DNA of 64,000 nt, from positions 372,001 through 436,000 of the forward strand of contig NIVC01000486.1 in the NCBI GenBank assembly GCA_002269645.1, written 5' to 3'. Positions 1 to 11,668 of the stretch are shown here, in pieces. Under the pieces are notes generated by a model. That model did no database searches. It was not told where the DNA came from and worked only from the letters and a program-made list of their open reading frames with translations. Each line of letters begins with the position of its first letter. Positions within the stretch are counted from its first letter, which is position 1. The position numbers and the translations under genes were made by a program. Origin of the DNA: Macrostomum lignano. Lineage: Eukaryota.

Positions 1-705
1 GTGTAGGTGGCCGGGTCAGCTGACACCTGGTGGGATCGTGGGAGGCGTTGCGGCGACTTTTAGTGAGTTGTGTGGATTGTGAAGAATCGGTAACAGCATG
101 GGAAGAATCTGTGAATCAGGAAGAATCTGTGAATCAGGAAGAACATGTGAATCAGGAAGAATCTGTGAATCAGAAAGAATCTGTGAATCTGAAAAAATAT
201 GTGAATAAGGAAGAATCTAAATCAGATTTCAGCACAGCAAGGCCAGCCTCACCGCTTGCGCAATGGCCTGTCGCATTGGGGCGGCAGAGTCCAGATCAAC
301 CGCAGCCCGATTGGACACGCAGAAGTCGATAGCCAGAAACAGGCAAGAGTTATTAGCCGGGATGGTCTGCACGGAGAGAAACCCGGCTCCGGACTCAACT
401 TGGCTGCTCAGAACCGAGTCCAATTGAGCAGCTTTCTCTTGCTGCCACTGAGTGCTCCGTTTAGCTTCGACAATGAGGGCCTCGCCACTGGTGAGGCCGA
501 GGCTGGACAGGGTGCTGGCTGGCTGGCTCAGGTCCAGAGGCTTGGGCGGGTAGCCGAACTTCACGTGCAACTCGTGATCGCGGCCGATCTTGGCCGCTGA
601 GTAGATTGCTTCGGCTAAGTCGCCGGCCGAACTGCCGGACGTCAGGCTGTCCAGCGTCACCTGGCCGCCTGTGCTGATGCGACAACGAAGGCGCAGAGCC
701 GCCAT
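1..705 (-). CDS. YOD1: OTU1/YOD1-type deubiquitinase, 5' part (exon 253-705, intron 27-252, next exon 1-26 running off the window)
   Basis: ATG at 705 (MAALRLRCRIST). UBX-like N-domain (VKFGYPPKPL) and OTU motif IPANNSCLF. A GT donor at 252 and AG acceptor at 27-28 join QAIAQA|VSADPATYT, matching the YOD1-type IAQIVASDP..Y. Confidence 0.9.
110..205 (+). repeat. 18-bp tandem repeat (GAAGAATCTGTGAATCAG) in the OTU1 intron
   Basis: About 5 degenerate copies visible. Confidence 0.85.
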
Positions 706-757
706 TAAGGTGTGGCTGTCGATTGCTGAAACACGGGTGGAAAAGGTCAAAAGGGGC

Positions 758-1620
758 AGGCAGTTCACTGAATGGTCAGATGAGGCTGGCAGTTCACTGA
801 ATGGTCAGAGGAGGCTGGCAGTTCACTGAATGGTCAGAGACTGGCAGTTCACTGAATGGTCAGATGAGGCTGGCAGTTCACTGAATGGTCAGAGGAGGCT
901 GGCAGTTCACTGAATGGTCAGGAGACTGGCAGTTCACTGAATGGTCAGAGGAGACTGGCAGTTCACTGAATGGTCAGAGGAGGCTGGCAGTTCACTGAAT
1001 GGTCAGAGGAGGCTGGCAGTTCACTGAATGGTCAGAGGAGGCTGGCAGTTCACTGAATGGTCAGAGGAGACTGGAAGTTCACTGAATGGTCAGAGGAGGC
1101 TGGCAGTTCACTGAATGGTTAGAGGCTGGCAGTTCACTGAATGTTCAGAGGAGACTGAAAGTTCACTGAATGGTCAGAGGAGACTGAAAGTTCACTGAAG
1201 AATCAGAGGAGACTGAAAGTTCACTGAATGTTCAGAGGAGACTGAAAGTTCACTGAATGGTCAGAGGAGACTGAAAGTTCACTGAAGGGTCAGAGGAGAC
1301 TGGAAGTTCATTGAAGGGTCAGAGGAGACTGGAAGTTCACTGAAGGGTCAGAGGAGACTGAAAGTTCACTGAAGGGTCAGAGGAGACTAGAAGTTCACTG
1401 AATGGTCAGAGGAGACTGGAAGTTCACTGAAGGGTCAGAGGAGACTAGAAGTTCACTGAAGGGTCAGAGGAGACTGGAAGTTCACTGAGTGGTCAGAGGA
1501 GACTAGAAGTTCAATGAGTGGTCAGAGGAGACTAGAAGTTCACTGAAGGGTCTGAGGAGACTGGAAGTTCACTGAGTGGTCAGAGGAGACTAGAGGTTCA
1601 CTGAAGGGTCAGAGGAGACT
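758..1620 (+). repeat. ~29-bp minisatellite (GGCAGTTCACTGAATGGTCAGAGGAGACT) just upstream of OTU1
   Basis: About 29 near-identical tandem units with a sequence gradient along the array. Confidence 0.95.
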
Positions 1621-2044
1621 TGTGGCATAAAAGTGAAAAATTTAGCACTCAATTTAACGTTTGGCTTGTATGGTTGTCAAGGAGGCGAGCTGAGTAATGT
1701 GAATCCCTTAATAAAATATATATTTGAGTTCACTAAGTATCTCATTGATTATAACAAACTCAGGATACGCATTAAGGAGAAACAGGTTCGAATACCTGTT
1801 TATCAGGTATTCGAACCTGTTAGAGACAGGTGTTAGATGTCCGACTTTAGTCACAGGCATCCCAGAGTCCCTATTTAGTGAGACAAGAAGCAACAGGTAA
1901 AAAAGCCCATTTGCTATACTACTACTATAAGTAACTTAAGTAGAAAAGCATAGCAAAGTCACGCAAAGCTAGGTAAGTCTGTCCCATATTTAGCCTTAAA
2001 CTGAATAGCTCGTAATTATAATAATTAATAAAGCAATAAATCAA

Positions 2045-3070
2045 TTAATAATCGTCGTCGTCTGAGTCGATGGCAGCCCTGCGCCGGTCGAACTTGACAT
2101 TCACAGACTTGCTGGAACCGGAGCCGCCGGCCGATTCAAGTATCTGCTTCAGCTGCTCCTCGGACACTTTGTCCGCTATTTGGCCAGACCGAGCCATGGC
2201 TATTAGACGCTGTTCCACCTGAGTAGGCAGTTGTGAGCATTATTTGCTCAATGTTTTGTTAGCATGGATACCTAAAATAACTAGATGTCAGGCACACAAA
2301 AATTCGCTTAACTACTCCTCAGTAGAAAAATTTGCGTTTTTACGATCTGTATGAAAATGATATAGTAAAATTAAAAATCTATTTTTACTTTCTAAAACAC
2401 AGTTTTTAAAGTTGAAAAAATCGCCTCTGGCTTTCTGTCTTCTTGCTTTCCGTTCTCTATCTTCAACCTGTTTGAAGCTGCACCCAAATCCAGTGCGTGG
2501 GCAAAACGAGCAACCCCCCCTTAGCCAGGCCAATAAACAGTTTCGCTTTCCTCTTGCTGGCTTGTGCCCTATACTGCAGCTCTCCCATTGGCTGAGTTAT
2601 ATTGGGCCTGCCCCCTTAGGCTGAGTTTCGTGCGTCTGATTTCGACCTCTCCTTACTGCTCTCTTATTGGCTGAGCCAGATTCGGTCTGCCCCATAGGTT
2701 GTTTCGATCGTACGATTTTGACCTCTCTCCTTACTGCTCTCTCATTGGCTGAGCCAGATTAGGCCTGCCCCCTAGGCTGAGTTTCGATCGTCTCATTTTG
2801 ACTTCTCTTCTTACTGCTCTCTCATTGGCTAGGACATCTGTATTCAGTACTCAGTCTGTAGGCAATTTTAACGTGTATTCTCACCAATGCAGCCTTCTCA
2901 GGCTTAGTCATAGCCAAAGTATTCAATCTTGCCCTGGCCGCCTGATCTAGGATTTGGCTCAGCATCACATTCTTCATCTCAGCCCGCTGTTTCTCCTCTT
3001 CCTGACGCTGGCGCTGCTGCTCAGCCTGCTGGGCCAGCTGCTGCTGCTGCTGTTGGGAACTGTTTGATGC
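2045..3070 (-). CDS. PDCD5: Programmed cell death protein 5 (exons 2885-3070 and 2045-2218; first coding exon not located)
   Basis: Manual splice gives ..RAEMKNVMLSQILDQAARARLNTLAMTKPEKAAL|VEQRLIAMARSGQIADKVSEEQLKQILE..VKFDRRRAAIDSDDDDY*, which matches PDCD5. Canonical GT/AG sites, phase 0. Confidence 0.93.
2575..2835 (+). repeat. ~73-bp tandem repeat (3-4 copies) in the PDCD5 intron
   Basis: Recurring CTCTCATTGGCTGAG..GCCCC..GTTTCGATCGT..TTACTGCT units. Confidence 0.8.
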
Positions 3071-5090
3071 CTGGAAATTAGCGATATAAAATTTAGGATC
3101 ATTCTATCATGTTGATTTTTTAAAACCAATTCCATTGGAACTACAAGAGGCTACTCTGTAGCCCCTGGTTAGTTGCAGTCAGGTCATGGCACAGCATAGT
3201 GCAGTACAGCAAGAAAAGTTAGAGATAATAATTGAAGATTTCAGAATTCCCCAGAATATTTTATATAGTATAACAAGTTTTATTACTGTAATAGTTTGCA
3301 ACAAGTTGATAACACTTAAAAATATGAAGTTATTTAAAAACATCAATTTTACTTTTTAATGGCATATACACATTGTATAAAAGTCAAATAATTTTTTTTA
3401 GAAAACATGGTAGTTTTTTTTCATAGAGTACATTTTTTGTTTTGTACACTTTTTAGAGCTAAGTTTTTGGCTTGACACAATTTTAAGCAGAAAGCTTTTT
3501 GTAAATATCTGAGCAGTTTGTGCAAAAATTCTAATAGGGGTTTTTCTATTTTTAGAACTAGTTCTAAAACTGTGATCCAATTCTAGAATTCAGTTAGAGA
3601 AATTTTCTCCATTTGTTGTCATATTTTTATGGAAACAACAGGAGGAATTTGCAATAACATTTTTAAAATTTCAAAAAGAGTACTGAAAACTCAAAAATAT
3701 AACCCATATTTTATATAACAATATTTTTATCTTTTGAGAAGTAATATAGGTAGAAGAATTAGAAAAAATTGATAATTTTCATTTTCCTACTGATTCTGGT
3801 TCTGGAATTAGAATTATTCTGGTTCTGGAACTGATCCTTGTGAAAAGTTTAATATCTATGGTATATGGTATAGATAGATAGGCTTACTAGACTTTAATTT
3901 TTTTAAAGTATACTAACTGTAATTGCCTTGCAATATTGTTTATTGATTTGTTCTAACAAAGTGAGTGAGTTAGTTATATTCTATCATAAATATACATCTA
4001 GGGTTGTATGATTTATGTACATCTTATTGATATTGTTTGCTTGACACTTAGAACTTCCTATGTATATTTTGCTAACTTGGCCAGTTTGGGCCTCACATAT
4101 TTTTCTTGCTCAGCTTAAATTGCAGCCTTCAGACTTTATAGTGGCATTACAAGCAAGCCCACTTCGGCCATCTACTCATGGCTCAATTCATCTCACCTCT
4201 ACCCCAGAGCAATTCAATACTAGTGCAGATCAACAGAATGCCAGTAAATGCAAGAACACATGGTCCAATCATTTTTGCGACTTTATTGAAGTATCAAGCA
4301 TCAAAGATGAAACTCTGATGAAACTCTAATACAAAAAGATGAAAAAAGATAAAAAGTAAAATTCAGAATGGCATGCCATAGCTAAAATATTTGTGCATCT
4401 TGGCTGATTGCTATATTTGAAAATTTAGGCCTATTTCAATTCAATAAGGCTAGAGCTAGAGTCATTAGACTATGGTCTATAGTTGCATCATTTTTCTAAA
4501 TGTAAGTAAATTAATTTCTGAATTAATATAGGCTCTAATGTAAATTTTGAGCTAAAATCTAAATTTCCAGACCTAAAATTTTAGTTAAAATTTGGCATAG
4601 TATTGCAATTTTGTTCTGGTATACATGATCATGATACATATCATATGCAATATTTTTTCTGGTATAAACTTGAATTAATGGCATAGAGGGTCATTTTTCT
4701 GATATACCATGTAACAGGTTTGGGAGCGTGGCCAAGATGTAATGTATAGAACTATTACCAATTTTGTACCTGACAAGATTAATTTAAGAAATATATTAGG
4801 CCTAGCCACCTAGGCTATATAAATCCTGAACATATTTAGCCCTAAATAAAGAAGACATGGCATAGGTCCATTAGAGCTAAATTAAGGTAATAAAGTATTA
4901 TGGCAACTCATAGCACTTAATAGGTAAGTATTTTTCTTATTTAATAATAGCCCATTTTGGATTTTGACAATTGTGGCGTTTTGATTGTTAGAAATCCTAG
5001 AGACCTAGCTAGGCCTTAGAACCAAAAATGGCTAAGATATTGGTAATTTCTGGTGCAACACAATAGAATATTGTGCATTTTTCAAGTTTT

Positions 5091-5202
5091 GGCATTCTTC
5101 AAGTTTCGTTCGTTTAATTCCAACACCCACCCCCCACCACCCTTGAATAGAGGGCGAAAATAATTCCGGAAATAATTAAACGAACGAAACTTGAAGATTG
5201 CC
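5091..5202. mobile_element. Small MITE-like inverted repeat (~112 bp)
   Basis: GGCATTCTTCAAGTTTCGTTCGTTTAATT ... AATTAAACGAACGAAACTTGAAGATTGCC. Flanks CAAGTTTT / AAAGTTTT resemble an 8-bp TSD with one mismatch. Confidence 0.55.
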
Positions 5203-5702
5203 AAAGTTTTGTATTATTATTATTACATTAAATCATACTAGTACGCCACTGTTGAGTGTTGACACAGAAAAAGTATTAAACAACAATATAACATGCCGCA
5301 CTGCACATGCGCAGGTACGCCATTGCAAATTTGTTTCCTATAAATAGTTAGAAGGCCTAGTTAAAATTGTGAATGCAAAATTATAATAAATATTTATTCT
5401 GAGTCGACCTAAGTTTATATAAAAGCTTGTACTTCACTAAAAAATTCTTTCAAGACATATTATAAAACTTACAAGCAGTTATTCTTGCTGATTGACATTC
5501 GGTATCAATAGTAAACTAAAAAAACTCGAATCGACGAGGAAGCTTGCTGATTTCCAGAATTCAGTATTAGCTCATTTTAGCTCTTTGAAGCTCTTTGCTT
5601 TATATAAGCACACAAGTACAGACAAAACATAAAAATCCAGATTAGAGCATTAGAAATAGCTACCATTGATTGCATCTTTGCGTTAATAAACTCTTCTCAG
5701 TT

Positions 5703-6230
5703 ATGGCTTCAATAGGCCTATCGCTACCAAGTCCTGTTCTTCGCATAGTTGAAGCACTCGGTCTTCAACCATTACCAATGGAAGGAGGATTCTACAAGGA
5801 AATGTTCCGAAGTCATAATACTGTGTCTTTCGCTGATTCTATCCATGCTACAAGCACAAACATCTACTATCTAATAACCAGCTCGCAATTTAGCCGTTGG
5901 CACAAGCTGCTTCAGGACGAAACCTGGTCCTATCTTGGAGGCACTTCAACAGCTACAATGGATTTGATTTCACCTGATGGAAACCATAGTCAAGTCTTTT
6001 TTGGTGAATTGAATCGAGTGGCTCACAATAACAGTGGCACACGGCAGTATACTTTATGTTTTACTGTGCCTGCAAAAACTTGGTTTACTGTACATTGTGA
6101 TTCTGCTGCTGAAGACGCCTATGCACTCTTTTCATGTGTTTGTGCACCTGGTTTTGAGTTCTCAGATGCTGAGTACTCTGACTCAGCTGCTTTGAGTAGA
6201 ATTTTTCCAAACTGCAGCGATATTCATTAA
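5703..6230 (+). CDS. Cupin_5 / DUF985 family protein, intronless
   Basis: Motifs LGLQPLPMEGGFYKEMFRS, STNIYYL, SRWHKL..DETW, TVPAKTW, ALFSCVCAPGFEFSD. ATG at 5703. Confidence 0.85.
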   Translation: MASIGLSLPSPVLRIVEALGLQPLPMEGGFYKEMFRSHNTVSFADSIHATSTNIYYLITSSQFSRWHKLLQDETWSYLGGTSTATMDLISPDGNHSQVFFGELNRVAHNNSGTRQYTLCFTVPAKTWFTVHCDSAAEDAYALFSCVCAPGFEFSDAEYSDSAALSRIFPNCSDIH

Positions 6231-7497
6231 TTTTTACTGGACTTTAATGCTGCTTTCTGGTTTAACTTTTTTACTTAAGTTACAGTTAGCTAGCCTAACT
6301 GTTAGAGTTTTGACTTTTAACCATGTTTTTAAAGCTCTGTAAGTAAAGAACAATCATCAGCTGAAACATTAAAATAGGCATATTGCTTTTCTTTTACTCC
6401 CATTCTCATAATAATTTTTCCATCTTTTATCCTATTTACACAAATTTCATCCAATATTTTTAGAGTCTCCTGTTTTATAAGGACTTTTTTAATTCTCTAT
6501 ATTCATTAAAGTTCTATCCTAAATAATAGGCCTATAATACATTAGTTCAAATAGAAAAATCTTAGTCATTGACTTTTTAGATGTTTTAACCCACATCAAC
6601 TTGAAATGCAAAATGCAAATAATTTGGCTTTATAATTTAACATTGTACTTAATTTAAATTACTTGTAAATATAAATGTTGCTAAATGTATATAAAGCCAG
6701 CAGCAATGTTACCAGCAATGACAATAGAAATATCCTATCAAATCTTATAAACAGCTTCACATAGTCCATCTAAGACCTTTGAGCTTTAGTCTTAGTCCAA
6801 TTAGTGCTCCAACTTCTAGTTCCTTCATTGGTTTACGAGTACTAATGTCATATTGAGTCAATCTGGCACTGAAGTTGTCACATTGAAATAATAGGCCTAG
6901 GTTTAACTTGATATAGCTATACCTTATATATACCTGATATAGCCAGCATATCCTTCTCCAGTAGTTGTATGACTGGGGCTAGATTCAATTGAGCCTCATG
7001 GTCCTTTATTGTTGCATGGGGGATCGTCTTTCCAATATTTCAGTTTGCCCTTGTGTTGCCCTGCTCAGGCAACACACATACGCTCACTTTGCTGCTCTCT
7101 CTTCTTGCTTGGTTCTGCATGCAGCTGTTGACCGCGGAGTGAATCACAGCTCTCTAACCCTGATAACTAACTAGAGGTAGCAGTCCATTTGCTTGGAAAG
7201 TTGGAATGCTTGATTAGCTACTAATTGTTAATTATCGCTTTATTGAGATTTGCAACTGCTAATAGCAATATTGTTTGACTGCCGCGTGTCACATGGCAAG
7301 CATCAACATATACAACATACATGTACGTAATCACGCGCACCCAGTTTAACCATTCGCGTGTGTAGGTTTCCCCAGAACGAAATAAACATCAATTCTCACC
7401 TTGGCAAGAACTACAGCGGCGATGCATTAGACGGAGAGCAACAGTTACATTATCGAACTAAATAATTGTCCAACTTATCAAACAATTAAGCGCCAAA

Positions 7498-7650
7498 ATG
7501 TGGACGCTGACAGCTACTCTAGAGCTACAGCTGGACTCGGTGCACTCAGGGCTGCTCCGTGCGGCCTTTCGAGCTGACGAGAGCGTCCGCGCTGGCCTGC
7601 CACGTCCAAGCGATCCACTGCGCCGTCGGCGACTCCAGCTCACAGGCCAT
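7498..7650 (+). CDS. Host gene 5' fragment, possibly Pcc1/LAGE3 (KEOPS)-like, truncated at the viral junction
   Basis: AAAATG start and GC-rich codons (MWTLTATLELQLDSVHSGLLRAAFRADE..RRRRLQLTG). The resemblance to the Pcc1 N-terminus is weak. Confidence 0.3.
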
Positions 7651-7781
7651 AACCATATTATTCATAAACCATATTATTCACACAATTCAGCAAAAGAAGA
7701 TTGGACTGTCAGGTGCAGATAACAAGAGATTCATTTTTGATGACAACATTAACAGTCTACCGTTCCGGCAATGGAGAATAG
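7651..7781 (+). pseudogene. Extreme C-terminus of protein-primed DNA polymerase B
   Basis: HIIHTIQQKKIGLSGADNKRFIFDDNINSLPF(G)NGE* matches the Polinton pPolB terminal motif K..LS..DxKR.I..D.I.TL..G. Confidence 0.7.
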
Positions 7782-7895
7782 GTTTAGGAGGTGGAAGTTG
7801 GGTTTAGGAGGTGGAAGTTGGGTTTAGGAGGTGGAGATTAGGTTCGGGCACTGGAGTTTAGGTTTAGGTGGAGTTTAGGTTTAGGTTTAAGAGAA
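7782..7895 (+). repeat. GGTTTAGG-containing short tandem repeats between PolB and protease
   Basis: (GGTTTAGGAGGTGGAAGTTG)x3 followed by TTTAGG variants. Confidence 0.7.
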
Positions 7896-7927
7896 AGTTT
7901 AATAAACCTCATAAAAATGGCATAAAA

Positions 7928-8326
7928 ATGACGATAAATAACTTTCTTGAAGATTTGGCTAATGAACTGGATATCCCAAACTTTAGAGGAATATTTATGA
8001 GGGACACTGCCTGATTTTCCTCTAAGAAAAGAATGCGGCATCATGAACTTCGACACCACCGATAAGCCAGGATCTCATTGGGTTTGCTGGGTGATTGATC
8101 CCGATCGCAAGCACAAGTGTTATTACTTCGATAGCTATGGGACGGCAGTACCAGAAGAGCTAAGAAATTATATGAAGGGCAAAAGTAATAAAAAAATTTA
8201 CCACTCAGACTTATTCTCCAAGGTCTTAGCAGTGATATTTGCGGTGAGCTGTGCATGACTGTTTTGTATGCAATGACCAAAACACGAAAGACCTACAAGG
8301 AAATTATTCTAGGCTGTGTTTCATAA
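7928..8326 (+). pseudogene. Adenain-like (C5) maturation cysteine protease, two frameshifts
   Basis: Joined frames: MTINNFLEDLANELDIPNFRGIFMRD / LPDFPLRKECGIMNFDTTDKPGSHWVCW..YYFDSYG.. / ILQGLSSDICGELC. Catalytic His, Asp, Gln and Cys motifs are present. Confidence 0.88.
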
Positions 8327-8330
8327 GGGT

Positions 8331-9050
8331 TCATTGTGCATTTCTCGTCGTCCTTGCCGAATTTCTCGTCGTCCTTCTTTCCGCATAATGTTGAAGAACG
8401 TTCTCGAGTTCATTTCTCAGCTGACTCATGTCATCAGTACCAACCATGTTCAAGTTCATTCGAATTGATTGTTCATAAAGATCCTGAATGGTTTTGAACT
8501 CATCCTCTGAAATGAACTTATCGTCTATTGCCCTTGAAATGTACCCTATGATTGATGTGTGCACCCTTTTCTCTTTTACTTGCTTCTGTAGCTGCTTTAG
8601 TTTTTTTCGCCTGTTTCGCGCTAATGCTCCAGTAATTGCTGAAATAAGTCCACATGCTGCACCTACTGAGCCGAGCGGGATTGCGATTGGAATTGTAATG
8701 GCCGGCAACACTGAGACAGCTGCAGCAGACCCAGTTAGAACAGACACAGATCCGAGAGTAATATTACTGTAATCAAAATATCTACAGTGAGCATTGTAGC
8801 GCTTAATTTTCTTTGTGTTGTGAAAAATCTGTTTTTCAAGATCATCTCGCATTTTTTTAATCTCTACCAGTCGAAACTGCTGAGAGTTACATGAAATGAT
8901 GGGGTAGAGTTTTTGCTGCTCATATTGAGGTGCACTAGGTGCTGTGGGAGCATTCGGTGCCATTGGGTTTGGTGCTGTTGGGTTTGGTGCTGTCGGTATT
9001 TTAGGTTCAGCGTATTGAGACTGATCGTATAGAGAATTTTGTTGGGCCAT
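8331..9050 (-). CDS. Polinton/adintovirus membrane-hairpin protein (resembles the GasderminX-type accessory ORF)
   Basis: LYPII..QQFRL..I, central hydrophobic hairpin (ITLGSVSVLTGSAAAVSVLPAITIPIAIPLGSVGAACGLISAIT), basic stretch and ISRAIDDKFISEDEF. The ORF is open; the family name is from recall. Confidence 0.65.
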   Translation of the reverse strand: MAQQNSLYDQSQYAEPKIPTAPNPTAPNPMAPNAPTAPSAPQYEQQKLYPIISCNSQQFRLVEIKKMRDDLEKQIFHNTKKIKRYNAHCRYFDYSNITLGSVSVLTGSAAAVSVLPAITIPIAIPLGSVGAACGLISAITGALARNRRKKLKQLQKQVKEKRVHTSIIGYISRAIDDKFISEDEFKTIQDLYEQSIRMNLNMVGTDDMSQLRNELENVLQHYAERRTTRNSARTTRNAQ

Positions 9051-9077
9051 TTTTTTCTCTAGAAAAAAAATAAAAAA

Positions 9078-9840
9078 TTACAAAACTACCCGGTTGAAAG
9101 ATCTGTTGTTTTGAAAAAGATCTGTTTTCTTTTTGATAATTTCATCTGCAGTAATGACCGGACGAGCAGTAGATTCTGCTTCATCAATAGCAATATCACG
9201 AAGATTGAGTGCTCTCTCCAGGCGATTAAGCCTCCTTATTATTTTACCCCAAGAGCTATACATTCCATTTAGATAGCTACTGTGTGATACATCGTTTCTC
9301 TCTAATGCTTCAAGTCTCTTTTAATTCTATCATGCAACGCTGTTGACTGGTTCATGAACTCTTCTAAATTATTGACTTTAACTGTGTTGGTTGCGACGTT
9401 TTCTTTAATTCTATCATGCAACGCTGTTGACTGGTTCATGAACTCTTCTAAATTCCTCACTTTAACTGTGTTTGTGAAAACTCCTTCTTCAAGAATACTC
9501 ATCCGTCTATCAGTGGAATTTCCCAGAAGATTAACTGTCGATGCTAACCCATTGATTTGCGAGACTGCCGAAGTTATTTCTGACCTTAGTTCATTAGTGC
9601 TGTGATCAAACTGCACATAAAGCTTATCACTTTCAAACTTCTGCCTAGCTACTTTAAGCCTGAGATCTTCCATGTTTATTTGCAACTGGTGCATGGAGCG
9701 CTCTAGGGCCTTCAGTCTGTTTTGATTCAGTTTGATCTCTGGGATCTCTTCGTCGCTGTTGATATATATCGCCTGTCAAGGAAGGAAGTTGTGAGAGTGC
9801 TGTTGCCTGTAGTTGACTCACCTGCAAAATTTACTGACAT
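9078..9840 (-). pseudogene. Fragmented viral coiled-coil protein (includes ORF 9302-9694 with an 87-bp internal duplication)
   Basis: An A-rich ATG at 9840 (MSVNFAGES) is followed by broken frames. The TNTVKV.NLEEFMNQSTALHDRIK unit occurs twice. Confidence 0.45.
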
Positions 9841-9856
9841 TTTTTTGAATGAAAAA

Positions 9857-10667
9857 TTAAAGTAAAATTCTTTTCTCCTTATTAATCATGACAAACTGAT
9901 AGGGTTGGTTCTACTTTTCATAGCATATGTTAACAAATTCCTCCTCTGATATTGTTCTGTTAGAATTCTTAGCTGGATATGTAATGTGAGCTGAGCTGGG
10001 GCAATGACCTCATTATAAAATCGTGTCAGTCGATCCTGGCCTGTGGTATGGTTGGGAAAAGGAGAATCAAATTACAGTTACCTCTAATTGTTTTATTTGG
10101 CAGTTCAAACCAGTTTTGGGCAATGTAAATAACATTGCAGTTATTGTGTCTACCCCGGGTAAAATAATTTTCTATCTGTTTCTGGGGACCGGTCATGCAG
10201 TCATCGAAGACAATCAGGTGCTTTCTCCCCTTTTCTAGTTCATCAGGTTGAGGTAAGAGTTTAGTTTTAGGATCTATCTGTGGATCTCCATAAGTGAAAA
10301 CTTTAATGTTTTGCCATTTTTCATTGTCTGGGATGTGCTTTGCGTATTCAGTGGCTACAACTTCCGGGTTGCTGTTGAGGTCTTTTTGATATCTAAAACA
10401 TTGAATAATATCTTCCTTGTTGAGTTTGTTCTGTAGGCCCGCTACTAGCATTTTATACTCATCTTGATACAGAGTGGGTGAATAGATATGTAGTGTGTCA
10501 TAATCGAGGAATCCAGGTCTGAGGAGCATGTTAAAAACTCTGAAGGTTTTCCCTGACCCAGATGAGCCAACAACAATGCATCGGAAGTGCCCTGGAATTA
10601 TCTCGTTGTGAGCAAATTTTATCTGATTGCGTGTCCAGTGGGGATGAAAGTCGTTTGTAAAGTCCAT
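9857..10667 (-). pseudogene. A32-like (FtsK-HerA) genome packaging ATPase
   Basis: Walker A GSSGSGKT, Walker B LIVFDD, FTRGRHNNCNVIYIAQ motif. The C-terminus continues after a frameshift (ISEEEFVNICYEK*NQPYQFVMI), with a TAG at 9911-9913. Confidence 0.92.
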
Positions 10668-10706
10668 TTTTTAAGTAAAAAAAAACTTTTTCTTCAAACT
10701 TGTGTA

Positions 10707-11668
10707 CTTCGGGTGTGTCCAAAGTTATGTCACTGACGTGAAAACAGACGAACTTGCAATCGCAGATGAACAAAACAGTGCCACTCAACAATATAGTCCC
10801 CCAATATCAATCACTCTCTGGCAGTGCTCATACAGCTTGTCCACCTCAGCCTGCAGGTGTTTTTAATCCAACAGCCATAACCAGTGCAACGCGGCCTGTT
10901 TGACCTCTTCATGATTTGCGAAACTCTTCTTGGAAAAGTCAGCCTTTAGCCATTTGAACAGAAATCTGTCGCACAAGTTGAGGTCCGGGCTGTAGGGACT
11001 GTCAGAGCAGATTCACTCGCCGTGCAGGTAGAAAATCCGAAACAGGCTTACAGGTGTGCGACCGTGCGGTGTCCACCTGCCATAGAACCTCGTCCAGGAG
11101 ACATGGATTCGACCGAAGAGTGCGCCAAAGGACCCTAGTGTGCCGGGCAAAAGCGAATAAAAACTACTGACAATCGAACTTGACGTTTGACCCTCGATGA
11201 GACATCTTTGTTTGGCGTAAAGGCCACCAGTGCAGCATGGTCTTCTTGTCCGAGACGGACCTCGTGGTTACGGTCGGCAGCAGACCCCAGCTCCCAGCCA
11301 GCAGCGATTGTCTGCCTTGCTGCCCTTGCCATCCAGGTGGAGCCAGCTTTCATCCTCAGCAACCAGGCAGTTTAGGATGTCATTCAAGCCCCGGCTACTG
11401 AACACCTTGCGGATCTGCTTGGTGCAGGCGTCTTGTCGAGATTCATGGTTATTTTTGTTCGCTGCATAGACGAGTTTTCATCGCGTTGCACTTGCTAAAT
11501 CTGCTTGGCGTATTCTTGCGATAGCTTGGGCCATAAACAACCTATGCACGTCTCAAATGCACTGGTATTGCTTCACTAAGTATTCTTTGCAGCTACACTA
11601 CCCACAAGTCCATGTGCCTACATATTTTAGAAGAGGCCTGCAGTGACATTACTTATGACATCCCGAAG
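10707..11668 (-). mobile_element. Degenerate mariner (DD34D) transposon, 962 bp, TA TSD
   Basis: Imperfect ~29-bp TIRs (CTTCGGGTGTGTCCAAAGTTATGTCACTG / CAGTGACATTACTTATGACATCCCGAAG) flanked by TA. Remnant motifs VAEDESWLH, WQVDTARSH, SPYSPDLNLCDRFLFKWLK. Confidence 0.85.

Noticed and set aside
30-332. Plus-strand 100-aa ORF with EESVNQ repeats
   Set aside because: It overlaps the OTU1 intron repeat and exon antisense, so it is spurious.
7088-7427. Minus-strand GT/AG-bounded segments as PDCD5 exon 1
   Set aside because: One frame (MQNQARRESSK) is phase-compatible but does not resemble the PDCD5 N-terminus. This needs transcript data.
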